From Octopus bimaculoides (lineage: Eukaryota), in assembly GCF_001194135.2 (NCBI RefSeq), contig NC_068995.1:35520588-35584476 (forward strand): DNA of 63,889 bases. Direction: 5' to 3'. Below are positions 36,787-48,434 of the stretch, one piece after another. Position 1 is the first letter of the stretch. Every line of letters begins with the position of its first letter. Below the pieces are notes generated by a model. The model searched no databases and was not told where the DNA came from. It was given only the letters and a program-made list of their open reading frames with translations. The position numbers and the translations under genes are program-made.

Positions 36787-37908
36787 ATGGAAGACAACCA
36801 GACGACAGAGTATTCCTACTTAAATAACAGTGTTTACCACCGCTATTCATGGCCTGTTGGTATTTTTAAAGAATTCTGTCCCGTAGCGCTCTATGTCGAC
36901 CGCTACGTTACAATAGTTTGGTATATCATTGGACTTTTTACAAACCCAATTTCAGCCTTTCTGTGGATGCAGCCACGTATCAGACGCAATAACTCTTCGG
37001 CAATCTATTTGGCTGCTTTATCAATAACTGACTTTATGTTCCTGTGGCTACATTTTATAAATGAACTACAAATAGCGTGGGGTATTTCAACTGTTGCTTA
37101 CACTGGAATATGTGAATTGTACAACTTCATCTACATGATCCCTCAGTATATGGCACCACTTATTGTTCTTGCTTTTACGGTAGAACGATGGATTGCCGTA
37201 TGTAAGCCATTCCAAAAAGAAAAATATTGTACTGTTAACAGAGCTATATATGTTGTTTGTGGACTTATCGTGACGTGTACGTCACTTGCTTCAATTCAGA
37301 TATACATTTGGTACTACGATGAAAAATTTCAAATTTGCACATATCGAGAAGGTCAGATTGAAAACTACAGTTTCACAATTATTTGGAATTGGTTAAGTGA
37401 GTTAACTATATTTGGTATTGTGCCGATTTTCGTGCTCCTTTTTAATATACAAGTAATTCGCGAAATTAGGAAGATTACAAAGTCTAATCCGATTCAAATC
37501 CCTTACCAGACAACGACATCAAACAGCAACGCTGCTTCAACTATAACTTTGTTGTCCATTTCTTTTTACTTGATCTTCACCACTCTTCCAGTAACTCTTG
37601 TGTTTGTTGTTGAAAGTAACATTCATTTAGGAAATTTTAACATGACAGATCAAGAAATCCGATCCGACCCGGTTTGGAACAGATATTTCACCTTCTTAGC
37701 AATTCGAAGATTTACTGAGGAACTATGCTTCTCACATTATGCATGCTATTTTTTTGTTTACTGTTTAACGGGGCCTCAGTTCAGGAGAGCCTTCATCTCT
37801 TATGTCCCTAGAAAGCTTTGTCCGGCAGTAAAATCTAAACATGTAGGATATACTTCCGTAGCAGGAAATGGAAGAACCGGAAATGAGACATGCACAACTT
37901 ACGTGTGA
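36787..37908 (+). CDS. Class A (rhodopsin-like) GPCR, FMRFamide/sex-peptide-receptor-like invertebrate peptide receptor group, 373 aa, CDS uninterrupted
   Basis: Seven hydrophobic segments; N-glycosylation sequons NQT and NNS; TM1 GLFTN; TM2 LAALSITD; ECL1 Cys (GICE) and ECL2 Cys (QICT); TM3 FTVERWIAVCKPF; TM5 Pro (IVP); TM6 TTLP; TM7 SHYACYFFVY then helix 8 (GPQFRRAF). No stops or frameshifts. The ORF-track start at 36676 lies in a GT repeat, so the ATG at 36787 is preferred. Confidence 0.95.
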   Translation: MEDNQTTEYSYLNNSVYHRYSWPVGIFKEFCPVALYVDRYVTIVWYIIGLFTNPISAFLWMQPRIRRNNSSAIYLAALSITDFMFLWLHFINELQIAWGISTVAYTGICELYNFIYMIPQYMAPLIVLAFTVERWIAVCKPFQKEKYCTVNRAIYVVCGLIVTCTSLASIQIYIWYYDEKFQICTYREGQIENYSFTIIWNWLSELTIFGIVPIFVLLFNIQVIREIRKITKSNPIQIPYQTTTSNSNAASTITLLSISFYLIFTTLPVTLVFVVESNIHLGNFNMTDQEIRSDPVWNRYFTFLAIRRFTEELCFSHYACYFFVYCLTGPQFRRAFISYVPRKLCPAVKSKHVGYTSVAGNGRTGNETCTTYV

Positions 37909-39334
37909 ATTTTCTGCAACAGATTATACTTTAGATAATGTTCGAATGTATATTGTCCGTCTTATTCTTAACGAAAATGTTTATAAACCAAACTTGACAT
38001 CTTCGGCTTTGACTATTAATATGTAGAAATGTGTATATCTGTGTATGTATTAATAGCCTGAACAAGTATATCATATGTCTAAAATCTGAGCAAAATAAAA
38101 TTAAATTCCAAAACAATGAAGCAAAGAGGTGTATTTGGAAGACAGATGTTCATAGCGACATGTGACACACGCACACATTTGATGCATAATTTTCCAACCG
38201 TTAATTTCCAAAGTAAAATAGAGACATGTTTATGAAAATTAAATAATTGTTTCGTGAAAACTTGTTACAAACAATTTGGTCGCTCTTGCGTCTCATTCAT
38301 CAAATTCCGACCAAATATCATGGAAAAAATATTCTAGTTAATGAAGAAACAAAATGGATCAATCATTTTATGCTCTCACTTTACATATTTCTGTTATTAT
38401 TATTTTTCTTTGTCCTCATCGTATGTTTGCTATTTAATCTATCTCATTCTTCTTTTCACTTCTTGGATTCACAAATTCATATGAATTGATCTATCTGTAA
38501 GCAAAAACTTATGCCTATACGTTAATGCATGTATACATGTTTACTTACGACTAGTTTCGTTTAAATACAGAAATTACAGTGAACTTTTGTGAAATTTCTC
38601 AAAATAGTTGCTTCATTTTAAAGCTTTTATTTATTTATTTTTTTTCAATAACATTACATTGATCTTATCTTCTCTAAAAATCATTGTACTAAGGCTTCCT
38701 GTTCCATACTTTTTAATTTCCATGCGTTTCTTCAAAACTGCGTCATTAAATTTGAGACGGAGACGATGTGAAGACTGATTATAGTAATTATATTATTTTC
38801 TTTCAGTAGTCATTAGCTTAAGCCTTTGAGGAAATTGATTAATGTTCGTGTACATCTAATAAAAATCTTTTCATCGTTGCATGCTAATTATTTGCCTTAT
38901 CAACTTTCACACTTTTAGGTCAAACTCCAAATTCCATTCATTATATAACCTACAAATGTTTCTTGAGAAATATATTATCACGTAACACTTTTGCTCTTAA
39001 CAGTGCAAATTAATCTGCAGTATGAGCAACTTATTCTTTGTGTGTATTATGTAGTCCTTAATATACATATCTTATATTGCAACACCAATAGCTATTTGTC
39101 ATCCAGAAATTGAAAATGCATAAGTAATCCTAGAAACGACAAAATCATTTTGTTCTGAATTATTTCAATCTAAATACAAATTCTTTCTTTTATTCTGACT
39201 CGATCTCATAAGATTTCACTTGAGACGGCATAAAAGCGTTAGTCTGTGATTCAATTCATTGGATTAGTTCCAATACTGTTATATTGAAATTCATCATAAA
39301 GACATTCGTGGCTTTCCACAATATTCCCAATCAG

Positions 39335-39378
<44 letters not shown>

Positions 39379-39474
39379 GTACATACTCACAAGCACACAC
39401 ACATATACATATACAGATTTATATTTCTATATTTAGGTATATGTATGTGTGTGTGAGTGTATTGTTTGTTTATT

Positions 39475-39890
39475 AAGACAGAGCGATGTAAGAGTTGTTA
39501 ACGGCATGCGACAAAGTGCTTAGTAGCATTTCTTTCTTCTGACTCCATACGTTCTGAGTTCAAATCCTACCGAAGTCGACTTTATTTTCCATCCTTTTAG
39601 AGCAGAGTGTAGATAAATTAAGTAACAGTTGTACACTGGGTATGATGTAATCGACGTCTACCCTTTCCACCAAATTTCGGGCCTTGTACCTATATTAGAT
39701 AGAATGTTTTTGCGCGCTGCGAGGTGGCAGGATCGTTACCGCACCGGACAAAATGCTTATGGACATTTCGTCCATCTTTATGTTTTAATTTAACATTCCC
39801 CCGAGGTTGACTTTGCCATTCATCCTTTCGTAATTGATGAAATAAGTAGCAGTGGAGCACTGGGGTCGATATGATCGACTATCCTCCTCA
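39475..39890 (+). mobile_element. Two tandem diverged SINE family A copies (39475-39703 and 39712-39890)
   Basis: Both carry the acgttctgagttcaaat/gaggttgactttgcc...aaataagta...cactggggtcga pattern. Confidence 0.75.
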
Positions 39891-41154
39891 CATACATATA
39901 GAAACATACAATAAGTATACATATATGCAATATGCACCCGTATATTCAAACACATAAATTCACGTAATAGTATTTCTTTGCAAGCATGTCAAAACATTTT
40001 TTTTATTTCTTTGTGATAAAATTCGGTCTGTGGATCCATGAATATCAATAGTCATATAGAAACTCGTAACTGAAGATCATGTATATAATTATTCACTTTC
40101 CAATGTATTTGGATTTAATTAGAAAAGTATAAGTAATATAGCTAATCATATGAGACAATGCTGTATCAGTGTGCCATTTTAAAGAGAAATTTGTTTCTTC
40201 CCAAATTGCGAACAGCAATCCAATAAAGAACACTTAGTATCAACTAGTTTAATCCGCTATCCGCAAAATTATAAAATGGATCATATCTATAAATTTGGAA
40301 AGTTTAATTGGAAAAGAAATAAACATTTCACAAATACTAAAATTGTGTAGCTAAAATAATGTAAAAGACAAGTAACAGTGTACAAAAAAATCCGGAGCTA
40401 AATAATAAGTAAATATTCAAAGAGTAATCCGAAAAACATTCGGGAAGCTGAATATAACTACTGGATTAAACAGATATCTCTTGCTTCAGAGAAACAAAAA
40501 CAAATGCAAAATCCCCAGGCTGATATCACAGAAACAAATTATTATATATTGCTGTAGGTTAAGCGAGATTTCAAACCATTTTCTTTTCAATCCCATATCC
40601 TCATTCAGGATTGATAAAAATAGGATTTCCGGAAAATTATAACATGTCAAATAGTGATGTATTGACCATTTCGACATAAATGGTCAATGATAGAAGTCAG
40701 CATATCTTACAGAGAAGTGGCAAGACAATTTCAACGGTGAAGTAAAGAAAAATAACATTATATATCAAGCTATTCATATCGAAATGCCAAGGAAAATGAC
40801 ATTCTGTTTGCCAAATAATAGCATTATAGAACTGCATTGTCAACTGGATGTTTGCATTTCCTCGTCTCGCATCACTGAATGCAAACAATAATCCTTAGCA
40901 TTGAAACTATTCTTCCATATTATCGTGTAGGTCCAATCCATCTCCGGTAAGAAATCTGAGATATCGGTTAGCTAGTTAATATTTATAACAATATATGTAG
41001 GTGTACGTATATGGAAGTCAGTGTAGATAAATAAAGTTTAGCAGCAGGGGGTCACTGCCTATCATTTATAGATGTAATTTTCATATTATTTACAAGCACA
41101 GTCATCTGTTAGAGTACACACACAACACATATACATATATGGATACACACGCTT

Positions 41155-41232
<78 letters not shown>

Positions 41233-41252
41233 TCATACATACATACATACAT

Positions 41253-41285
<33 letters not shown>

Positions 41286-42363
41286 TATATATATGTATGT
41301 ATGCGCGCAGTATTATAGATTTATATACAGTCAAAAGTTATTGATAGTTTCGTACATAAATCTTCCACAGAAAGACGGAATACCTAAGCACTCATCAGAG
41401 ATGGGCGGGCAGAAATGTGTGGCTTCGGCTCTTTTGTATTTAAGGTTTGAAAGAAAACACCGGGTCAATATGTCAGAGCGTTTTGCTTATGTTAAAAACC
41501 GGAGCAAAAAGAAATGAAAAAGTAACCGAAAATTAAATAGGAAAACATATAAAACTGAGTCCTGTTCTACCCTAGTTAATCAAATTCACACCCTGTGATC
41601 AAAACTGGAGAGGAAGCTATGTACTTCTTTGTACTTCTTTGTATGTGGAGCAGAGTTAAGAGATAAGGAAAGGCGTCGAGAGAAGAGGGGGATGAAAGTT
41701 GAAAGGGAGAAGGTATTGTAAACCGGTTTGAAGAAGTGTTGTATATCTGGGTATGTTTTTGTTTATGTATTTGTTGTGTGAAAAATATTTTAAAAGGGTG
41801 AGGGCAAGATGATAAAAGAAGGAATAGTGATAGGGGAAATATAGGGAGGTGAAGTGAAAGAGAGAGAGATATGCGGTGGGAAAAATGCTCATTTGGAATA
41901 CTTCTGTCTCTTGATATATTCATTCCTTTTGACATTTTCTCCTTCCTTCCAAACTCTTCGATGTATATATACATTTCTCTCTTCCAGCTATCTTCAGACC
42001 CTCCTTTTCTCTTCTTCTTTCACCAATTTTCTCTCTGTTTACCATAATTAGCCCTTCCATTTCTCACCCCTTTGTTAACTCCAGTTTTCCCTCGCTTTCA
42101 CTGCAGCTCTAACTCTACTTCACTCACATATATGGAAAACAGTTTTTACTGCAGTCTGACTCACGGAGTGAATTTAACCTATCAGACCACTCGAAGGGAT
42201 ATAAGTCTGGAAGGCCTAGATCCAGCTTCACACATCGCCATTTTGCATTTGCTTCTTCTTTTGACCATCTCTGTTTTGTTTTGTTTTTTCTTTCTTTTGT
42301 GTCAGATTTTGTGCCACAAAAACTGCCTGGTAATTTGTTAGAAGCAACAATTTTAATACAGTA

Positions 42364-42576
42364 AAGGAGCAAGCTGGCATAATCGATAGCACGCCGGAAA
42401 AATGCTTAGCGGCATTTTGTCCGTCTTTACGTTCTGAGTTCAAATTCCGCCGAGGTCTACTTTACCTTTCATCCTTCCAGGCTCGATTAAACAAATACAA
42501 GTTGAACACTGGGGTCAGTGATAGCGATATATCCCATCACAGAAATGTTGGACTTTGCGCCAAACTTTGAAACTAA
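42364..42576 (+). mobile_element. SINE family A
   Basis: gctggcataatcgatagcacgccggaaaaatgcttagcggcattttgtccgtctttacgttctgagttcaaattccgccgagg. Confidence 0.9.
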
Positions 42577-42794
42577 TATTTTAATACAGTATTTCCCATA
42601 TTTCTATGATGAATGGTGACGTCTTCATGGAAGTCCGATATTCCTGTATCCCAGTGCATTACATTTCTGCCAATGCAATGATCTCACCTATTTCAGTTCA
42701 GAGTCTTTAAATTTCCGAGTCTGAACTGTAAAGAGTAAAAGTTGAAATATCATTTAATATTTTAATAGCTAGTAGCAAAAAGAACACAAACGCC

Positions 42795-43365
42795 GCTACG
42801 ATAAAATGTGTATGAATCTTCATTGGCTCTTATGCTGTAAATACCAATATGAAGTAACAGAGAACTGGTACGAGCATGTACCAAGTAAAGTTATGCAGGA
42901 GGATGGAAAAGTAACGATACTCTGGGACTATGATTTTCAGACGGATCGTGTAATCGAACACCGTCAGCTGGATATTGTCATATTGAATAAGAGAGACAAA
43001 TACTGTCAGGTCATTGATGCAGCCATACCAAATGACATAAATGTTGTGAGTAAAGAGGTTGAAAAATTCACCAAGTACTCCGAGCTGAAAGTAGCAATGG
43101 CATGACTGTATAGAATGCAAGAGGGTAATGTAAACTTAATACCAGTGGTGATCGGAGCGTCGGGATCAATCCCATTGAAACTTCAAAACTTCTTAAGCCA
43201 ACTGGAAATCACATGCAAGATTAATGTCTTGCAAAAATCAGCCTTATTGAGGACAGCGCACATCTTAAGGAAAGTATTATCTGTCTGAGGTCCTTGTTGT
43301 GACTTGACAGATGACTAAAGACTCCGGTGCATTTCTACCTACACTGTGTTACGAAGGAATGATAA
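42795..43365 (+). mobile_element. 3' end of an R4/Dong-like LINE (RLE domain plus 3' UTR)
   Basis: LHWLLC..WYEHVP..ILWDYDFQTDRVIEHRQLDIVI..IDAAIP..KEVEKFTKYSEL..IPVVIGASG..QKSALLRTAHILRKVLSV*, followed by (AAT)n. Confidence 0.92.
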
Positions 43366-43366
43366 C

Positions 43367-43418
<52 letters not shown>

Positions 43419-43439
43419 GTAATAGTAATGATAATGATA

Positions 43440-43479
<40 letters not shown>

Positions 43480-43503
43480 GGAGGAGGAGGAGGAGGAGGA
43501 GGA
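43366..43503. repeat. Compound microsatellite (AAT)n-(GAT)n-(GAG)n
   Basis: Direct reading. Confidence 0.95.
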
Positions 43504-44091
43504 TAAAATCTGTCTTCTCTCAGTTCAGTCAAGTTGTCTACTGAAGAAAGCGCGTTTTGTTTACCCGTGCAACGAATGATGCAGTATGATTCTATATTTA
43601 GAGAAATGGTCAACTGCATTCTATCTGATAATGGGAGACTATAGCGAATTCTGCAGACCTTACAGTGTTCAACTAATTGAAATCTTTAATCTATGCCACT
43701 GTAGTTGACAGAGTCGGTTATCACTTAGTATCGATTAATGAGAAAATCAAAATATTTGTATGTCAATAGTTGCAATTTCCATTAGTCTAGACATGATTGC
43801 AGCTCTAAGAGTTTTTATCGTTAACGTTCTATCCTCAATAATGCATAAATACACGCTCGTGCGCGTACGACACAACACACATACGCTCACACTTTTGGAT
43901 GGCCATTGACTGAGTGTATCCGCCGTTCGAGAAATTTTGGTTTTCGTTATTTAGGGTGTCCAACATAAACAACCCTCCCCATCATACAGGTTTGGTGTGG
44001 GTTAACAGTTTAGTCCCCGAGTATCCAAACATGACATAAATTCTACTGGGTTAAATGTTACTACTACTACTACTATTACTACTACTACTAC

Positions 44092-44142
<51 letters not shown>

Positions 44143-44146
<4 letters not shown>

Positions 44147-44451
44147 ATACAAAGACCTGGAAATAGAGGTAACTCGAATGTGGAATCTAAAAATAAACAA
44201 TTCCTATCATAGTAGGTGCCTTAGGTATAATAAAAAATATTCAGACAAATACATAACAAAAACACTAGGACTTACAAATATATATAACATACAGAAAATT
44301 GAACTACTGGGCACTGCACACATCCTACACAAAACGCTTTCAATACAGTAACCATAAGAGCATCATAGCAAACCACAGCACATACCCAAGGCACACAGAG
44401 ATGCGCTCGGTAGTGAAGTGAAAGCACGTTATAAAAATAAAACTACTGAAC
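44143..44451 (+). mobile_element. Extreme 3' end of another R4/Dong-like LINE family, inserted in (TAA)n
   Basis: KYKDLEIEVTRMWNLK..GALG..IQKIELLGTAHILHKTLSIQ* plus UTR. (TAA)n lies on both sides (44093-44142 and 44452-44580). Confidence 0.9.
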
Positions 44452-44479
44452 AATAATAATAATAATAATAATAAAAATG

Positions 44480-44570
<91 letters not shown>

Positions 44571-44580
44571 TAATAATAAT

Positions 44581-45232
44581 CAAGAGAGGAATTTTCCTCT
44601 TTAATATTTGTCTTATGCTTGATCCCTCTCAGTTTAGTATTAAGGAAGGCAAAGGTAGAGTATCAGTTCAGAAATAGTAAGAGAAAAATAGACCATTTGC
44701 TCTACATGGATGACCTGAATCTTTTTAGTAAGAATGAAAAAGAGATAGATTCCTTAATACAGTCTATAAGACTCATCAGCAAATACATAGGCATGGAATT
44801 TGGCATATATAAGTGTGCAATATTAGTCATGAGAATGGGACAGGTAGTCAACAGTGAAAGCATCCAATTACCAGATGGCCAGACATTAAGATCTTTGAAA
44901 GGAGAGAGTTATAAGTATCTAGCAGTATTAGAATCTGACAGAGTACTAACTATAGAAATGGAAACGAAAATTGAGGAATACATCAATAGGGTGAGGAAAT
45001 TAACCAAGTCAAAGGTAAATGGTTCGAAGTTAGTGAAGGCTATAAATACTTCGGCAGTATCATTGTTTGGATACTCAACAGCTTTTGTAGATTGGACAAA
45101 AACTCAATTAGTAAGGCTAGACAGGAGAACTAGGAAGGAATTCAATATAAATGGCAGACTCCATCCAAGGGCAGGAGTAGCAAGATTATACTTCCCTAGA
45201 AAGAAGGCAGAAGCGGGTTAATATCTGTAGTA
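44581..45232 (+). mobile_element. R4/Dong-like LINE RT fragment
   Basis: KRGIF, IPLSLVL, HLLYMDDLNLF, IGMEFGIYKC, YKYLAVLE, RLHPRAGVARLYFPRK. Starts immediately after (TAA)n. Confidence 0.9.
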
Positions 45233-45576
45233 GCGGCTGATTTTCACGATGGGTTCGACCGATTGCTAGATCTGTCATACATGTGGCAGCGATAACTTTC
45301 TAAATTATTTGACGCAACGAGTTAGTAATGTCCAAAGATTGAAATAGTTTGGGCAGAACATTTTCATCTCTCTGTACTCATCTGGGACAGTCTCGTCTGA
45401 CTGCTCTTTCACATCTGTAGTATCATTCAGTTGCATTGACAAGCTAAGGTATCTGGAAGTTATCCCTTGCAGTTTCTTGCCCGAGAGTCCTGCAGAACAG
45501 ACCAGCCCGTTTTCTCATTGATATCCAGTTATCCTAAAGATGCATTCGCTCATTCTCACCGCTAGGTTTCTACATA

Positions 45577-45778
45577 TTGGTTTCAAATTTTCGTATAACG
45601 CCAGCAATTTCGAGGAGTGAGTAAGCAGATTACATCGACCTCAACTGGTACTTATTTCATTGACCCCAAAAGGATGAAAGACAAAGTTGACCTCAGCAGA
45701 ATCTGAACTCAGAGCGTAAAGCGAACGAAATGGCGCTGAACATTTTGCCCAGCGTGTTAACAATTCTGCCAGCACGCC
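45577..45778 (-). mobile_element. SINE family A
   Basis: Minus strand: ggcgtgctggcagaattgttaacacgctgggcaaaatg...ctctgagttcagattctgctgaggtcaactttgtctttcatcc. Confidence 0.85.
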
Positions 45779-46854
45779 TATATATTACCAAAGTGAAATT
45801 CTGCTGAACAGAATGAGAATCATGATCATCTGTCGCGATACCTGATGCAATTCATGACGTCAGATGCCTAGCCACTCGCCAGTCAGCTTAAATTTTGTAT
45901 CTCTAGTATTTCAAGAATGCAAATTTTGTCTACATTAGACAAAGCAGTACCTATCAAACATCAGATGCTAATATCTGACGATACATCTACCACCCTCAAC
46001 ATCGCATGCGCCGGTCAATATAAACCTGCATTGGTTTTATTTTCTTATCTGAGTTTCAACACACTTGACCAACTCGGAGAGAGTATTGTATGGTTGTGAC
46101 AGGAGACTCAAAAGACCGCAACGTTGTAGCCACTTTACTAAGCAAAACTTTAAACCAACTTATGATGTTATGGAGTATTTCTTATTGTTTCAGATTTTCA
46201 GATGCCATAGCATAAGCAGTAATCATATACACTCATAAAAATCAGCAATAACGTTTATATTGTAATTGTGAAACTTCGGGGTATGTTAAATACTGGATCT
46301 AAAATCCATCAAAAGTTGTAATGAAGGTTGAGGTTTCATGCAAATCACAAATGCTGTGTAATTCTCTTTTTTGTTAGCTATCGAATCCAATATTCTGGTG
46401 AGACCCTTCATGAAGTAAGACATCAACATAAAGAGTAATCATCTGCAAAAGTGATTCGCAATTCTGACGTAGAAACAGAATTAATTATTAGTTTAACAAG
46501 ATCTCATATAAAATTGCAGGGAACTAGTAATTTTGTGTAAATCAGTGGGCTTTGCATTAAGATCAACATATCTAGTGAGGGCCATTTTTCAGACTATCAC
46601 AAGTGAATGCTAATTAAGTTCTTTCAGAAATTCTCAGATATACTTCGACACTTTTCTTTATCATTTTGGTCAGGAGGGAAGAAGTGTTCGTGACGGAGCC
46701 TCTGAGAATGGCTATGAGAGAGAAGGAGAAAGATATCCTGAAACTGGATATCTGTCCCCAGCGCTTGCAAAAGACGAAATTCCCTTAAAGTCACCCAAAG
46801 TGCTGGGTGATGGTGTGAAACCTGGCGTCTTGTTAAGTCTACTAACCAAGTAGG

Positions 46855-47035
46855 CCATAGCAGAATTTGTGCTCAGAACGCAAAAGAGCCAAAACAAATA
46901 CCGCAAGGCCCCCAGTCAGACGGTCTTACAGTCTCACCAGTCCACCGACTTGGGTTGGTTGTATTTTATCGGCCGCCGAAAGAACGGAAGATAAAGTTAA
47001 ACTTGCTGGAATTTCAAGTGCAATGAGTCGGAACA
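46855..47035 (-). mobile_element. Degenerate SINE family A head fragments
   Basis: Minus strand: ccttgcggtatttgttttggctcttttgcgttctgagcacaaattctgc and gaaattccagcaagtttaacttt..ccgataaaata. Confidence 0.5.
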
Positions 47036-48393
47036 AATACTATGATGCATTTTATCAAATATTTTATGTAATCAAAACCTAATTATTCCATTTTTAATTC
47101 CGTTTATAAGATACACTCCTAAATATCAAAAATTAATTATTTTTGTGACATAATGACCACTTTTAACTAATTATTAATCTATTAAGTATTTATTCAAGTA
47201 AACGATGTTATTATCCTGCAGAAACAGCATACAAAGGTTAAGTAGATAATCTCTTTATGTAAAATGTGTAGGCAGGCAACTCCATTAAGTAGTGTAATTA
47301 ACTATTAAGAATGGAGATTTTCTTCTTCCTGTCAACTATATGATTCATAATTAATAAATTAATTAATTAGTAAAGAATTTGTGTATCAAGCTATCACTTA
47401 AGACCGTGGTGAATCACGAGGAAATAAATTTATTAATAATTAGAATCACGTCATGAATTCATTGTAAATATAAAAATGAAATTCGAGAATGATGATGGTA
47501 CAATCAATGAAACCGAAATCCCTCGGATTTATGTTGTCCAGTTTTGATACTATGACTTGAGATTATACATAAGAACTGATATCGATATCGATGGCAGCGT
47601 ATGAGTATGATTATATGTGTGTGTGTGTGTCTGTATGTTTGCGTATATCTGTACGTGTATGTGTTTAGACATTGATGTATATGCGAAGATAAATATATCT
47701 ACTTATGTATGCATGGTAGATATATTTATCGCTTCCTTATTCTTTCCTTATATATATATATATATATATATATATNNNNNNNNNNNNNNNNNNNNNNNNN
47801 NNNNNNNNNNNNNNNNNNNNNNNNNNNNNNNNNNNNNNNNNNNNNNNNNNNNNNNNNNNNNNNNNNNNNNNNNNNNNNNNNNNNNNNNNNNNNNNNNNNN
47901 NNNNNNNNNNNNNNNNNNNNNNNNNNNNNNNNNNNNNNNNNNNNNNNNNNNNNNNNNNNNNNNNNNNNNNNNNNNNNNNNNNNNNNNNNNNNNNNNNNNN
48001 NNNNNNNNNNNNNNNNNNNNNNNNNNNNNNNNNNNNNNNNNNNNNNNNNNNNNNNNNNNNNNNNNNNNNNNNNNNNNNNNNNNNNNNNNNNNNNNNNNNN
48101 NNNNNNNNNNNNNNNNNNNNNNNNNNNNNNNNNNNNNNNNNNNNNNNNNNNNNNNNNNNNNNNNNNNNNNNNNNNNNNNNNNNNNNNNNNNNNNNNNNNN
48201 NNNNNNNNNNNNNNNNNNNNNNNNNNNNNNNNNNNNNNNNNNNNNNNNNNNNNNNNNNNNNNNNNNNNNNNNNNNNNNNNTTCTCTATTCCAAATCTTCA
48301 GTCCGATATTCTGATAAATTTGAAAGTGTCTCTAAAAGAATTCACGGTAATCTTTGGCCATGCGACACCAAAAATCAATTATGATTTTATATA

Positions 48394-48431
<38 letters not shown>

Positions 48432-48434
<3 letters not shown>

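Noticed and set aside
40661-40688. 11-bp perfect hairpin attgaccattt/aaatggtcaat; also the 9-bp palindrome at 5425-5444
   Set aside because: Isolated stems of this length are plausible by chance in 64 kb of AT-rich DNA, and there is no supporting context.
46674-46849. GC-richer stretch with an acceptor-like ttttggtcAG and an open frame (EGRSVRDG...)
   Set aside because: Only a weak donor and no recognisable protein. It adjoins a minus-strand SINE head, so it is more likely repeat body than exon.
47165-47372. AT-rich inverted ends suggesting a MITE
   Set aside because: Composed almost entirely of A/T, so the match is not distinguishable from chance.
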